The notes beneath the pieces were generated by a model. That model saw nothing but the letters and a program-made list of their open reading frames with translations, had not been told where the DNA came from and made no database searches. Below are positions 62,816 through 64,000 of a DNA stretch of 64,000 nucleotides, piece by piece. The translations under genes and the position numbers were made by a program. Source of the stretch: an uncultured Pseudomonadota bacterium (GTDB lineage: Bacteria; Oederibacteriota; Muellerivitia; Muellerivitales; Muellerivitaceae); NCBI GenBank assembly GCA_963836235.1, contig CAWIIP010000002.1:128001-192000 (forward strand), given 5' to 3'. Every line of letters begins with the position of its first letter. Position 1 is the stretch's first letter.

Positions 62816-63688
62816 TTAAGCGGCTTCCTCCTTCTTTTCAAATTTCACGCCTAAGATAAAGTCGGCTGCGGATTGGGCGAGTGATGCCGCCCGGAAAATG
62901 GCGCGGGTGTCATCCTTTAAAACCTTGATCCAGTTTTGGACATAGGCGGCGTGTTGGGTGTCGTATTCGTAGCCGACATGCCCAGCCAAGAAAGCCCCGC
63001 CTATTTCGGCGACAAGTTCCTCGAAGGCATAATCAACTGAACCGAAAACCAGGGACTGCTTGCGGTTAAGCCGTTTCGGGTGGCCGCTCCAGTGGGTTAG
63101 CTCATGGTAACTCGTGGAAAAAAATTTCTCCTCCGTCTTGAAAGAACGGCGAGGGGGAAGGTTGATATAGTCCAAAGTCGGGGAGTAAAAAGCCTTGTCG
63201 GGGTTTTCTTCAACGATCTTCGCCCCGGATTGGGTGAGGATGCGCTCGGCTTCCTCGTTCTTGTTGAAAGGCTTTTCCTCGGCGCTCTTGGGCCGCAAGT
63301 GGTCGAGTCCCTCGGTTTGGTCCAGGTTGAAAACCGTAAAATATTTTAGGTATTTGATAACCTTCTTTTCAAAATCCCCTTCCGCTTTTTCCTCCTTCAC
63401 CGTCAAGGGCTTGAAGAAAATGACCTCAACCCCCTTGGCCCCGGCCTTGATGTTGCCTCCCGCTGTTTTGGCCTGTTGGTAGGTGAGCCAAGAGTTACAG
63501 GAAAAACCCTGGCGGCTCGCAACCGAGGTAAGCCAAATAACATTCACCCCCCGGTATGCCTTCCGGGTGGCGGCGTTCTTGGGGAAGTTTCCGGTTTTAA
63601 TCCAGGGCGTTTCCCAAAAAAGATTTCCTTTCTCCATGTCCTCCAAAATTTGGTTGGTGATTTTCTCCATCAAATCGTTTGTTTTCAT
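62816..63688 (-). CDS. ardC: ArdC-family ssDNA-binding/zincin antirestriction protein
   Basis: PW, YRGVN..L, WLTYQQAK..GG.I..G.KG, VFNLDQ, AFYSP..D.I.LP, HELTHWSGH..RL, YAFEELVAE, YVQNW. Confidence 0.93.
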   Translation of the reverse strand: MKTNDLMEKITNQILEDMEKGNLFWETPWIKTGNFPKNAATRKAYRGVNVIWLTSVASRQGFSCNSWLTYQQAKTAGGNIKAGAKGVEVIFFKPLTVKEEKAEGDFEKKVIKYLKYFTVFNLDQTEGLDHLRPKSAEEKPFNKNEEAERILTQSGAKIVEENPDKAFYSPTLDYINLPPRRSFKTEEKFFSTSYHELTHWSGHPKRLNRKQSLVFGSVDYAFEELVAEIGGAFLAGHVGYEYDTQHAAYVQNWIKVLKDDTRAIFRAASLAQSAADFILGVKFEKKEEAA

Positions 63689-63706
63689 CTGGCCTGCTCC
63701 CTTTGA

Positions 63707-63938
63707 TTTATTAGAGGAGAGCCGCCCTCCGGGTGGGCCCCCTCAAAAATCCTTGGGGGCCCAAACGGAGCGAAAGAGGTGTTGTTGTTGGGGTAAAACA
63801 AGATCGAGGGTCCTGCGGTGTTCCTTTAGCAGATCGGGAAAATTCCAAAACAGTTGTGGGGCCGGATAAGCCGACGAAGGAGGCCCGGCCCGTTTTGAAA
63901 TTTAGGCGCCGACCGATCCCGACGGCGTTTATCCGCCC
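63707..63938. repeat. Structured ~230-bp leader (extended module A), copy upstream of ardC
   Basis: Aligns to 60404-60634. Confidence 0.85.
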
Positions 63939-64000
63939 TCACCCTCCAGGTGAGGGCGAAGGTTGATAATGCCAACTCTATAAGAGTTGGTAAAAGCCGC

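Overview
Bacterial chromosomal window with three zones. (1) 1-7.6 kb: accessory block at the 3' end of tRNA-Leu(CAA), with secreted beta-propeller proteins, a PorV-like barrel with TPR, and an ECF sigma/anti-sigma pair, resembling type IX-like CTD sorting. (2) 7.8-34.4 kb: housekeeping core (RluA-type synthase, priA, opp-type ABC, secA, ligA, nusB, riboflavin genes, gpmA, NAD kinase, CHASE2 cyclase, ABC-2 transporter). (3) 34.5-64 kb: a mosaic, partly decayed mobile island with a short serine recombinase, NYN and HTH genes, gene fragments, a GH5 enzyme, an IS1380 remnant, type III R-M with a truncated PHP-ATPase, S1/P1 nuclease, and an ardC/radC leading-region-like cluster. The top novel signal is three 30-bp quasi-palindromic sites with a central TC, in a B-P' / P-P' / P-B' pattern. 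They sit just downstream of the serine recombinase and each bound a single compact gene, which suggests a serine-recombinase-driven, integron-like cassette array. The second is a family of covarying structured leaders upstream of ardC, radC and a DUF6876-like gene. All calls come from reading the sequence by eye; no database searches were run.
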